DNA of 57,201 nt from Bdellovibrionales bacterium (GTDB lineage Bacteria > Bdellovibrionota > Bdellovibrionia > Bdellovibrionales > DASUEL01). The notes beneath the pieces were generated by a model. The model did not search any database. It had not been told where the DNA came from and saw only the letters and a program-made list of their open reading frames with translations. The stretch's first letter is position 1; each line of letters begins with the position of its first letter. Of the stretch, positions 19,385 through 28,039 are shown piece by piece. Position numbers and translations under genes: made by a program. Location: NCBI GenBank assembly GCA_050250255.1, contig JBFWOZ010000016.1, positions 1 to 57,201 on the forward strand, given 5' to 3'.

Positions 19385-20704
19385 TTACTTCTTTTTGACG
19401 GTTTTTTTCAAATGAGTAAGCACGACGGCGTTAAGTATGGTCGTGTCGATAAAGACACGCAAGAACCACGCGGCCGCGGCTCCGAGAATTCCGAAATATT
19501 GCACCCCAAAATAGAGGCACAGAACGTAGATCGGTAGTTCGAGAGCATGTAGCTTTGCCACCTGATCGGGACGCCCGAGCCCCTGTAGGTAGGCGACGGG
19601 AAGTTGCCCGAGGCAATTGAGGAAAATGCAGAAGGCGAGGACTTGAAAGACCTGAGTGCTATGGTCCGCAAACTCCTGCCCCACCCAAAGTTTCAAAATG
19701 AGGTTCGCGAAGATCATGAGGAAAAGTGTGATGGGTAAAATAATAAAGAAAATCGTCTTTTGGCCGTGGAAAAAAAGCTTTTGAGCTTGCTGCCGATCTT
19801 GATGAATCGCCTCACTCAAGGCCGCAAACAGCACTCCACCGATAGCACCAGGAATCACGAGGACTTTTGAGACCATCTCGAAAGGTGTGGTGTAATAGCT
19901 GACCATTGTCAGCGTAAGAATGCTTCCAATAAAAAAGCGATCCATGTTCACCATGACAGGACTAATAATGTTACTGACTGTCATCCATCCACCAAGCGAC
20001 CATACGGGCTTTAACTCTTGCCAAGGTAGAAGTTTTCCTTTGAAAAGTTCGGGATGAATTTTGTAGGTTTGCCTGACATAAAAAAGAAATCCTAGGCCGC
20101 GCGCGAGAATCACCGAGGCGACTACCCACTCGAGACCTTGATGAAAAAAACTGCAGATCGTCGGGAAAAGATACGAGCACATACTGATAGGGATACGAAT
20201 GCGGTTGGAAAGATCAAAACGGTGAAAGCCTTCGAGAATTCCTACGAGGCCCGAGGTAGCGAGCACGATGGGAAGGGCGATCGACATGAGAAGAAAAGAG
20301 GTAAGCACTTCCGGAACGAGGCTCGCCGGAATATTGAGAACCTTATGTACAAGCACGGGCGCGAAGAATGCATTGAAGAGGGCGGCTGCGAGACCAATCC
20401 CCATGAGAAGCCAGAGTGAAGAAAAAATTTGATTCGCGATGTTCGGAGAAATTTGGGACTGCTCATGAGCACGATGCTTCGCGAGAATTTGTACGATCGC
20501 GCGCCCCAAACCAAAATCGAAGAGACCAAAATAACCAACCACAACCCACACAAGGGTTAAAACCCCAAAACGTTCTGTTCCTAGTTGTCGTATTAAAAAA
20601 GGCAAAGTCGCAAAAGCCACAAGCATCGGGGCGAGTTGACCCGTAAGATTCCACAGGCTGTTCTTCGTTAATCTTTTAAGAGAGGTGGGTGAGTTTAGCT
20701 GCAT
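19385..20704 (-). CDS. Wzx-like polysaccharide flippase (MOP superfamily)
   Basis: NSLWNL.G, LG.ERFG, FDFGLGRA and DRFFIG motifs, about 12 TM segments. Confidence 0.88.
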   Translation of the reverse strand: MQLNSPTSLKRLTKNSLWNLTGQLAPMLVAFATLPFLIRQLGTERFGVLTLVWVVVGYFGLFDFGLGRAIVQILAKHRAHEQSQISPNIANQIFSSLWLLMGIGLAAALFNAFFAPVLVHKVLNIPASLVPEVLTSFLLMSIALPIVLATSGLVGILEGFHRFDLSNRIRIPISMCSYLFPTICSFFHQGLEWVVASVILARGLGFLFYVRQTYKIHPELFKGKLLPWQELKPVWSLGGWMTVSNIISPVMVNMDRFFIGSILTLTMVSYYTTPFEMVSKVLVIPGAIGGVLFAALSEAIHQDRQQAQKLFFHGQKTIFFIILPITLFLMIFANLILKLWVGQEFADHSTQVFQVLAFCIFLNCLGQLPVAYLQGLGRPDQVAKLHALELPIYVLCLYFGVQYFGILGAAAAWFLRVFIDTTILNAVVLTHLKKTVKKK

Positions 20705-20787
20705 TGACTTGCAGGTTAAAACTTCGATCGTGGAGAGGCAAGGTGGAAATATCGCCCCGACGTAGGAGAAAGGGCGATTCCAAAAAA

Positions 20788-21057
20788 TTAGCGCGTTTTT
20801 TTCTCAGGAAACTTGAGAGCTAAGTCTTGCGCTTCGTTTTGTTTGCGAATTTCATCCACATTCGCTGGAGTGATAGACACCACGGTTGTGGGTTGATTGA
20901 TCTTATTCGCCTCGTCTGCATAAGTGACGTGTTGAATGAGTTGATCGGTCGCATGTGCGAGATCTTTCGCTCCGTCCTTATCTGCGCCGGCAATACCAAC
21001 GATAAAGCCCACCGTTAAGAAACAGAGAGAAACCAAACTAAACAACTTTTCCGCCAT
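20788..21057 (-). CDS. Small exported/membrane-anchored hypothetical protein
   Basis: GGAGGT RBS, N-terminal hydrophobic helix, 89 aa. Confidence 0.7.
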   Translation of the reverse strand: MAEKLFSLVSLCFLTVGFIVGIAGADKDGAKDLAHATDQLIQHVTYADEANKINQPTTVVSITPANVDEIRKQNEAQDLALKFPEKKTR

Positions 21058-21078
21058 ACGTACCTCCGTAGTTGTTAG

Positions 21079-21115
21079 AAAAAACGGTCACTGAGCAAAC
21101 GTACCGGGGTGACCG
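21079..21115 (-). terminator. Terminator-like hairpin inside the 5' leader of the 20788-21057 gene
   Basis: CGGTCAC...GTGACCG stem followed by TTTTTT on the minus strand, upstream of the RBS. Confidence 0.5.
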
Positions 21116-21127
21116 AGTCAGCATATG

Positions 21128-21143
21128 AGCAAATACGGGGCCT
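21128..21143 (-). promoter_or_regulatory. Candidate sigma54 promoter
   Basis: Minus strand AGG-CCCCGTATTT-GCT (GG-N10-GC with TTGC). Confidence 0.5.
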
Positions 21144-21166
21144 AACGTCTAAGTGGCTTAAATGAG

Positions 21167-21187
21167 AAATGGCCCCTTTCGGAGCCA
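21167..21187 (-). terminator. Intrinsic terminator after the 21237-21860 gene
   Basis: TGGCTCC-GAAA-GGGGCCA followed by TTT on the minus strand. Confidence 0.55.
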
Positions 21188-21236
21188 CTTTAAGTCACTT
21201 TCATAAGGTAAGAATTTCTAAGAAAAACGTATGGAA

Positions 21237-21860
21237 CTACAGAGAGGTTGTTTGGATTTTAGGTTCGGATCCGTTGCAATCATCTCCATTGTTTGCGAAG
21301 TCGATCACCATCTGCCGAAACTTCATGCGACGAACTTCAGCTTTTGGGTTTTGCGCGGGAGGGAAATAGTTTTCGTCAGGCCAAGCCAATTGCTGCCAAT
21401 CAGGCCGATTACTCACTTCTTCTGTAAATTCATTGATGATGACTCTGTTATTATGCTGATCAGGTCTCATTGTTTTCATGAAGCGTGTGACTTCGATGGT
21501 TGAGTTCGCAACGCGCATAAGGATATCAGGGTTTTGATAATCCATTTGCTGCGTTCTCTGATTAAAAACAGGAATGAGCTTATAATTGGTTCTAAAACTT
21601 TCTGGAATGTGTTCCATCAGGTTCGACGCACAAGTGATTCTTTTATCCTTAATGATTCTATAGAGGATTTCTATAATTGACGTTTGAGCGCTTTGCGTAT
21701 CTAGGAAGGCAGTCGCTGGTGATGCAGGACAATTTCCATGACACTGACCGCGGGTTCCGCCTTTTAAGCCGTTTTGATTTGCGTTCATGTTGGGATAGTC
21801 GTTCGCATTGGCGACGCTCGCAAATCCAATAACTAACAGTAATTGCAATAGGGTTTTCAT
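21237..21860 (-). CDS. Secreted hypothetical protein
   Basis: Signal peptide ending ANA-N, and an AGGAG RBS within the end of the upstream gene. The GGTRG segment resembles the Gly-rich starts of Bdellovibrionota secreted orphans. Confidence 0.75.
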   Translation of the reverse strand: MKTLLQLLLVIGFASVANANDYPNMNANQNGLKGGTRGQCHGNCPASPATAFLDTQSAQTSIIEILYRIIKDKRITCASNLMEHIPESFRTNYKLIPVFNQRTQQMDYQNPDILMRVANSTIEVTRFMKTMRPDQHNNRVIINEFTEEVSNRPDWQQLAWPDENYFPPAQNPKAEVRRMKFRQMVIDFANNGDDCNGSEPKIQTTSL

Positions 21861-21863
21861 TTT

Positions 21864-22676
21864 TTACTCCTGGTTTTTCGTTAAATTAAAAAATTGTACG
21901 GTGGCACAATACACGTCCGACTTTTTCTCTCCTTTTTGGGCTAGCATCAAAATTTTCGAGAAAAATTCTTCCATTACTTTATTAGCTTCTTTTAAATGAC
22001 TTTTTGAAATTGCCACGATCTCTGAGCCGATCAGGCGTTCTTTAGGATCTTCGCCAATACTCTCCATCGCTTTTTCTAAAATTTGGCGATTGTATCTTTG
22101 CAGAGCCTCGTTAGGTTGCTCAGATTGAAAGAGGAGATTGGCTTTGACCTGTCGATACCTCTTGGGATTTTCGGGATCGATCTCGAGAAACTCTAATTTG
22201 ATGAGTCGCTCAAGAGCCGCTTCTGCTTCAAATTTGCTGATCCCCAAACGTTTTGCAATGTTGATAGGTTTAAAATTAAAACCTTTGAGCTCTGTTAGCG
22301 CTATAATTGGGAAGTGATACCAATCCGCAATTACGCGAAAGTATTCCATAGAAAGATCTGTTCGTTTATTCCGCGGGTTCAGTTCGTTCGCTCGCGTAAT
22401 CAACTTTTCTTTGAGATCCATGTTCTTTATCGAACCAATTTGTACAAGAAGGTTGAGATATTCAGCTTCTTGGCTTGAAAAATTAAGTTTGGTGGAGATG
22501 CGGAGAGCGGTATCAGATGTCAGATTCTTTTTGCCGGAGAGAACGAGGGATAACATGGCAGGAGAGATGCCAAGGTGACTTGCGAAAGCTCTGAGGGAAT
22601 AAGAGGGATTCTTGGTGATCCGACTCGCGAGTTCGCTCTTTAAAAATGTTCGATAATCTTTATGCTCCAAAACCAT
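21864..22676 (-). CDS. TIGR02147/DUF4423 family HTH protein
   Basis: DYR.FLK.EL..R...NP.YSLRAFA..LGISP..LS.VL.GKK.L and IADWYHFPI patterns, plus a second HTH (IAKRLGIS). Confidence 0.85.
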   Translation of the reverse strand: MVLEHKDYRTFLKSELASRITKNPSYSLRAFASHLGISPAMLSLVLSGKKNLTSDTALRISTKLNFSSQEAEYLNLLVQIGSIKNMDLKEKLITRANELNPRNKRTDLSMEYFRVIADWYHFPIIALTELKGFNFKPINIAKRLGISKFEAEAALERLIKLEFLEIDPENPKRYRQVKANLLFQSEQPNEALQRYNRQILEKAMESIGEDPKERLIGSEIVAISKSHLKEANKVMEEFFSKILMLAQKGEKKSDVYCATVQFFNLTKNQE

Positions 22677-22740
22677 AAAGACATAATATTACGCCTTGCG
22701 TTAATACACAATAGGCTGGTAAACATTTGTGTTTATAGCG

Positions 22741-22771
22741 GTAAACAGTGACAAGTTTTGTCACTGTTTAC
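22741..22771. promoter_or_regulatory. Perfect 14-bp inverted repeat (operator or terminator)
   Basis: gtaaacagtgacaa-gtt-ttgtcactgtttac, with a related taaaca-tttg-tgttta at 22720-22735. Confidence 0.55.
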
Positions 22772-22786
22772 TGTGAAAAAGAGGCT

Positions 22787-23293
22787 TTATCTCGTTGGGA
22801 TCTTCTTCGCGGTTTCTGTCACCGAAATTGCTGTGCTGAGTTCCTTGTCACAGAAGTCTTCACCACAGTTGGTTCTTAGAGTTTGTTCGTCAGCGAGCAT
22901 TTTTGTCGCATCAATGGTTTGGGTGATTTCGTACATGCCATCATCTCGGTATTCGACAGTCTTTACCGTAAAGATGCTGGTCGATCGTGTTGTTGCTGAG
23001 AGGAAGTGAAAAGCTTTATCTGTCACTTGAAAGTTCGCCGTCACATTTCCCATTTCGGCCATGCTCGCGAAACCTAAGTAAACGGTATAACGAGGAGATA
23101 CGTCTGTGCTCATTCCGCTATCCCTAACGATGATAGAGATCTTCTTATGAGAAGAACCAGGAGACTGTTGATCAATCAGTCGAATCGTTTTGTCGACCGA
23201 GGCGGGAGAGATAGTGATTTGGCTAGAGGAGATCTCTGCGGCTTGGGCGGAGAAGGAGGCCATTATCAAGAGTACGGATAAAATGACTTTCAT
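22787..23293 (-). CDS. Secreted hypothetical protein
   Basis: Start moved to ATG 23293 (MKVILSVLL, AGGA RBS). Signal peptide ends AQA-A. Confidence 0.75.
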   Translation of the reverse strand: MKVILSVLLIMASFSAQAAEISSSQITISPASVDKTIRLIDQQSPGSSHKKISIIVRDSGMSTDVSPRYTVYLGFASMAEMGNVTANFQVTDKAFHFLSATTRSTSIFTVKTVEYRDDGMYEITQTIDATKMLADEQTLRTNCGEDFCDKELSTAISVTETAKKIPTR

Positions 23294-23447
23294 AAAAATC
23301 CTTTCCAACAGGTTTTCATTCATTGTTTGGATAAGGTTTAAGTGAGAGAGATTGTTGAAACCACCTCATTTTCATGAAATGAAAATAGTGCAGAGAGAGA
23401 ATGTTTTACGGCTCTTCTTCGAGATAGAAGAGCCATTTAACTATAGA

Positions 23448-23972
23448 TTATTGGGGTAAATGAGTGAGGATTGCAGTGCGAAGACTGGTAAACGGAACAC
23501 CAAATATATCGTTAGACTTCTGGCTGTGCTGACCTGAAGATGGGCGCAGGCCTTCTTTTACCGTGGTATCATCATCTGTTTTGGTCAGATTATCTAAGAG
23601 GAACCAGGATGCAGCACCGCCCATAACACAACCTACTATGCCTCCAAGAACAAGAGCGCCACCAGTCGCTGCAGTTACAACACCAACTATTCCGCAGGCA
23701 TATTTGAGAGAATCTTCTGCTCTTTGGTTTTGTATATCTCCCGAACTATTAATCTTATTAATTAACTGAGTGATTTCTTGGTTGGAATACTGTCTTGTCC
23801 CGAGCCTTTCGTCGCAATCAGTACGAGTACCATTATGACAAACCATAATATCATTCAGCTGGGTTTTTTCATCGGGGATGACCGCAATCATCAATCCATT
23901 TGGAAATCTGATATCTCGAGCTTGAGCCTGAAACGAAAAGGCCAATAAACATAAGACATAAAGCAGTTTCAT
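23448..23972 (-). CDS. Secreted hypothetical protein with Gly-zipper hydrophobic hairpin
   Basis: Start moved to ATG 23972 (GAGGT RBS). Signal peptide ends AQA-R; internal segment GIVGVVTAATGGALVLGGIVGCVMGGAASWFLL. Confidence 0.7.
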   Translation of the reverse strand: MKLLYVLCLLAFSFQAQARDIRFPNGLMIAVIPDEKTQLNDIMVCHNGTRTDCDERLGTRQYSNQEITQLINKINSSGDIQNQRAEDSLKYACGIVGVVTAATGGALVLGGIVGCVMGGAASWFLLDNLTKTDDDTTVKEGLRPSSGQHSQKSNDIFGVPFTSLRTAILTHLPQ

Positions 23973-24103
23973 GTGAACCTCACTTATAAAAAATAAATGG
24001 CAAAATTGTTCAGAAGGGTTTCTAAACAAAAAATATGTGCCGTACGTGCGGTCTTTTGCTAAAAGTATTCCAATGTAGGATGATGTATATAAGACTTGAG
24101 GAG

Positions 24104-24150
24104 AAAAAGGAGCCCCAATACATCCCTAGGATGTCGTAGAAGGGCTCTTT
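24104..24150 (-). terminator. Stem-loop/terminator after the ABC operon
   Basis: gagccc...acatcc-cta-ggatgt...gggctc, with an A-run on the left (U-tract on the minus strand). Confidence 0.5.
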
Positions 24151-24176
24151 GACAGAGATACAAATGAAGTCAGCAA

Positions 24177-25112
24177 CTAAAGAATCTTAAAGAAAGAATC
24201 AGCGGGTGTGGTCTTCTTTACCATATCAAGATCTTTGAGTTGCTTTTGCAGGCGATCCCAGCGGGCTTTTTCAATTTTGCCGATGTTTTTAAGGTTGCCG
24301 TCTTTACCTGTAACATAAGGCTTTTGTTCTCTCATGATGGCGTCCATAGTTTTAGGATCCATGGCGGAGTTGAGTTTTCCAATCACATCGTGAGCGGGTT
24401 TAGGATTTTTGTAATAGTCGAGCCACCCTTGGTGAGAAGCGGCGACCAATTTTTTCGCGAGTTCGGATTTTTCTTTGAGAAACTTACCGTTGGTCACAAC
24501 AAGAGCGGCGTAGTTATCAAGACCTTCATCGGCGAGAGGGAGCGTGCGTGTTTTTACACCTTTTGCGATCGCGAGTTCTGGCTCGGAACCTACGAAACAT
24601 TGCTGAGCAAACTTTTTATCGTTGAGGAAATTCGTGATCCCGCCCATGTACGGAACGATCTTCGCCTTGCTACCGGGATATTTTTTCTGAAGGTAAGAGG
24701 CGTAAGGATGACTACCGCCCACCGCGATCGTGAAATCCGAAGCCATTAAATCTTTGATGCTCTTAATTCCTGAATCTTCGCGCACCATAAGACATGCGGG
24801 AGATTTTTGATAAACCGAAAAGAGCGCTACGATATCAGCCCCACGTTCACGAGCGACGATGACTTGATCGCCCGTCGCGATTCCAAAATCAAGTTGTCCC
24901 GTTGCGACCATCTGTACGATCGGAGCGTTGGCGGCACCTTCGATGAGTTCCACATCAAGACCCGCTTTTTCGTAATGTTTATTGATTTGGGCTGCGTAAA
25001 AGCCTGCAAACTCCGGCTCAGCTTTCCAGTTGAGACCCAATTTAACTTTTTCAAGAGCGAGAGCGGGGAAAGAAATGAAAAAACAAATAAGGATTAAAGA
25101 AAATTTTGTCAT
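24177..25112 (-). CDS. ABC transporter substrate-binding protein, NMT1/THI5 (ThiY/SsuA-like)
   Basis: Signal peptide and the LNWKAEPEFAGFYAA...GLDVELIEG pattern. Confidence 0.88.
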   Translation of the reverse strand: MTKFSLILICFFISFPALALEKVKLGLNWKAEPEFAGFYAAQINKHYEKAGLDVELIEGAANAPIVQMVATGQLDFGIATGDQVIVARERGADIVALFSVYQKSPACLMVREDSGIKSIKDLMASDFTIAVGGSHPYASYLQKKYPGSKAKIVPYMGGITNFLNDKKFAQQCFVGSEPELAIAKGVKTRTLPLADEGLDNYAALVVTNGKFLKEKSELAKKLVAASHQGWLDYYKNPKPAHDVIGKLNSAMDPKTMDAIMREQKPYVTGKDGNLKNIGKIEKARWDRLQKQLKDLDMVKKTTPADSFFKIL

Positions 25113-25123
25113 GGGGCTAGCTC

Positions 25124-25879
25124 CTAGGTTTGAAGCTCTCTCCAGCGAGAGAGGAATGCGCGCACTAAAAAGTTAATCATTCCTACTAAGAAAATGCCGG
25201 TCAATGAACATATGAGGACTGCCGCAAAAACTTTGTCGATACGCTGCTGCGAACGTGACGAGTCAATGAGTCCACCTAGACCTCCGCCCGCAATAAATTC
25301 GCCTACAATGGCTCCGATCATGGCAAGACCGGTAGAAATTCTTAAGCCCGTGACGATATGAGGAACCGCGGAGGGAAGACGGAGTTTGAGAAGCGTTTGT
25401 AAACGAGTGGCGCCATAAAGTCTGAAGAGATCAAGAAGAGCAAACTCGGTGGATTTAAGACCAGCGAGAGTGTTTGTAATCATAGGAAAAACCGAAATGA
25501 TAAAAGAAGAAATCACCACGGTGCCCATTCCGTAACCAAACCAAATCACCAGAAGTGGGGCGATAGAAATCAGCGGTACGGTTTGGAAAAAGAGGGCGTA
25601 AGGGTGAAGCGCGGCTTCAATATTTTTGGAACTTGTCATAAGGAGTGCGGTACTTACCCCAACAACAAAGGACAGTAGCAATCCGACTAAAGCTTCGGTG
25701 AGGGTGATAAGAGTGGCGCGAAAATATTCGGCAAAATGTTCATTGAGCGTCTGCCAAACTTCCGAGGGAGCGGGGAGAACAAAGGCTGGAATGATTTGTT
25801 TTTGAATAAGAATTTCGGCAATCGCAACAAAGGCGATGAAGAGTAAAACAGGAATGAGAAGTTTTTGTGTTTGTCTCAT
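25124..25879 (-). CDS. ABC transporter permease, NitT/TauT family
   Basis: LPAPSEV, P...IAPLLVIWFG, EAA loop (YGATRLQTLLKLRLPSA) and GAIVGEF. Confidence 0.92.
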   Translation of the reverse strand: MRQTQKLLIPVLLFIAFVAIAEILIQKQIIPAFVLPAPSEVWQTLNEHFAEYFRATLITLTEALVGLLLSFVVGVSTALLMTSSKNIEAALHPYALFFQTVPLISIAPLLVIWFGYGMGTVVISSFIISVFPMITNTLAGLKSTEFALLDLFRLYGATRLQTLLKLRLPSAVPHIVTGLRISTGLAMIGAIVGEFIAGGGLGGLIDSSRSQQRIDKVFAAVLICSLTGIFLVGMINFLVRAFLSRWRELQT

Positions 25880-26646
25880 GAAACGGTGACCTGCTCTTTG
25901 GGATTGGTCTTTTGGAAAGCTTCATAAACATTTTTAAGTGCCGCTCCGAATTCTGGTTGAACGCGAAGGGCGCTCGGACGTTCGTTTCCAAGTGTAATGG
26001 CGACATCACCGACGAGGCGAAGAGGACGTGCCGCAAAGACGAGGGCACGATCGGAGATGAACGTTGCTTCCGAAATTGAATGTGTGACAAAGATCACGGT
26101 CATTTTTGTTTGTAACCAAATGCGCCTAAGTTCTTCGGCGAGGTGGTAGCGAGTGAATTCATCAAGAGAAGAAAAAGGTTCGTCGAGAAGGAGAAGCTTT
26201 GGTTGAGAGACGAGTGCCCGCGCGAGCGACACGCGCATTTTCATTCCACCGGAGAGCTCGTGTGGGAAAAGATCGCGTGCGTTTGAAAGACCAACAAGCT
26301 CGAGAGTTTTTTCAACCTGCTTTTGAATCTGCGCGGAAGACTGCTTTAAGATTTCAAGAGGAAGAGCGACATTTTCGTGTACTCGTTTCCATGGCATGAG
26401 GTGAGCTTCTTGAAACACGTAGCCGCGCTCATGTTTCGCGAAACGTGAATGGGTCACGGTTCCCGACGTAGGTTGATCAAGTTCAGCGATAAAACGAAGG
26501 AGTGTGGTTTTGCCGGAGCCTGATGGGCCTAGCAACGTAACGAATTGTCCATCGGGAATGGAAAAAGAAAGGTCTTCGATGATCTTTCCTGAGCCTGGAA
26601 AGTATTTACTAATATTTTTAAATTCGATCGATGTACTCGTTGGCAT
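25876..26646 (-). CDS. ABC transporter ATP-binding protein, NitT/TauT family
   Basis: GPSGSGKT, LSGGMKMR, LLLDEPF and VTH motifs. Start moved to ATG 26646 to avoid overlapping gcdH. Confidence 0.93.
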   Translation of the reverse strand: MPTSTSIEFKNISKYFPGSGKIIEDLSFSIPDGQFVTLLGPSGSGKTTLLRFIAELDQPTSGTVTHSRFAKHERGYVFQEAHLMPWKRVHENVALPLEILKQSSAQIQKQVEKTLELVGLSNARDLFPHELSGGMKMRVSLARALVSQPKLLLLDEPFSSLDEFTRYHLAEELRRIWLQTKMTVIFVTHSISEATFISDRALVFAARPLRLVGDVAITLGNERPSALRVQPEFGAALKNVYEAFQKTNPKEQVTVS

Positions 26647-26659
26647 CTTGACGACTGAT

Positions 26660-27826
26660 TTAGCGATAGGCCGGAATACCCGTAACGTGTTCGCCAATGA
26701 CGAGACGGTGAATATCTTCGGTGCCTTCGTACGTATTCACACTCTCAAGGTTCATCATGTGACGACCGCACTGGTATTCGTACGTGATTCCCGAAGCGCC
26801 GAGAATATCACGAGTCATGCGCGCAATTTTTAGGGCTTCCGAAACGTTATTCATTTTTGCCATAGAGACATGCTGAGGTTTTGCTTCGCCTTTGTCTTTT
26901 AAGCGACCGAGGTGAAGTGCGAGAAGTTGGCCTTTCGTGATTTCGGTAAACATGTAGGCGAGTTTCGCTTGCACGAGCTGAAAGCTTGCGATCGGCTTAT
27001 CAAACTGAATGCGTGTCTTCGAATAATTAAGAGCTTCGTCGTAACAAGCCATTGCCGCGCCAAGAGCTCCCCAGGAAATTCCAAAGCGTGCATTGTTAAG
27101 ACATGCAAATGGACCTCTAAGACCTTCGACTTCCAGCATTTGTGAAGCGGGAACACGGCAGTCTTCAAAAATAAGTTCAGATGTGACCGAGGCGCGAAGA
27201 CTGAATTTATTATGGATATCGCGAGTGGTGAAACCTTTCGTGTCGCGATCAACGATGAAGCCTTTGATTTTTCCTTCATCATTTTTTGCCCAAACGATAG
27301 CGAGGTGAGAGATACCGCCGTTTGTGATCCAAAGTTTTGAACCGTTGATGATGTAATCAGAACCATCTTTTTTTGCGCGAGTGATCATGCCGCCAGGATT
27401 AGAACCGAAATCAGGCTCGGTAAGTCCGAAACAACCGATCATTTTTCCTTTGGCCATTTCGGGAAGATATTTTTTCTTGTGATCTTCAGTTCCAAAAGCC
27501 GAGATCGGAAACATACAGAGAGCACCCTGCACGCTCACAAAGCTGCGAAGACCGCTGTCTCCGCGTTCGAGTTCCTGCATCGCGAGTCCGTAGCTTGTGT
27601 AATTAAGTCCGGCGCAGCCGTAGCCCTGAATGGTCGCACCGAAAACTCCGAGATCCGCAAGTTGCGGAATGAGTTCTTTCGGGAAAGTGCCTTTTTCAAA
27701 ATGCTCACCGATGACCGGGATGACTTCGCGAGAAACGAACTGGCGAATCGTATCGCGGATCATTTTTTCGTCATCAGAAAGATGGGCATCGATGTTCATG
27801 AAGTCAGGGGCACTGTAGGGCTTCAT
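26660..27826 (-). CDS. gcdH: Glutaryl-CoA dehydrogenase (acyl-CoA dehydrogenase family)
   Basis: ELERGDSGLRS, GCFGLTEPDFGSNP, LRASVTSEL and C-terminal TYEGTEDIH typical of GcdH. Confidence 0.85.
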   Translation of the reverse strand: MKPYSAPDFMNIDAHLSDDEKMIRDTIRQFVSREVIPVIGEHFEKGTFPKELIPQLADLGVFGATIQGYGCAGLNYTSYGLAMQELERGDSGLRSFVSVQGALCMFPISAFGTEDHKKKYLPEMAKGKMIGCFGLTEPDFGSNPGGMITRAKKDGSDYIINGSKLWITNGGISHLAIVWAKNDEGKIKGFIVDRDTKGFTTRDIHNKFSLRASVTSELIFEDCRVPASQMLEVEGLRGPFACLNNARFGISWGALGAAMACYDEALNYSKTRIQFDKPIASFQLVQAKLAYMFTEITKGQLLALHLGRLKDKGEAKPQHVSMAKMNNVSEALKIARMTRDILGASGITYEYQCGRHMMNLESVNTYEGTEDIHRLVIGEHVTGIPAYR

Positions 27827-27888
27827 AGTTTCTCCTGTGGTCGTTTGTAGGTCCGCAAATTACAAAACCTCTCCCCAAATGTCCCGCA

Positions 27889-28032
27889 AAAAGGTGCGCC
27901 GCTCCTTTTGGTAGCGAGGGTGCATCAAGATATTGGTTTTCGAGGCAAAGCATCCTATCCCTTAATAAGGATTAGCTAAAGTGGAGAGCGGAATGACGCA
28001 GTATCGCTACCAAAAGGAGCGGCGCACCTTTT
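27889..28032. mobile_element. Non-autonomous REPIN/MITE-like element with the same ends as the RAYT cassette (family 1)
   Basis: Perfect 29-bp inverted arms aaaaggtgcgccgctccttttggtagcga (27889-27917 / 28004-28032) around an 86-bp spacer. The 26-bp core is identical to the arms at 47965 and 48731. Confidence 0.85.
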
Positions 28033-28039
28033 ACACCTT

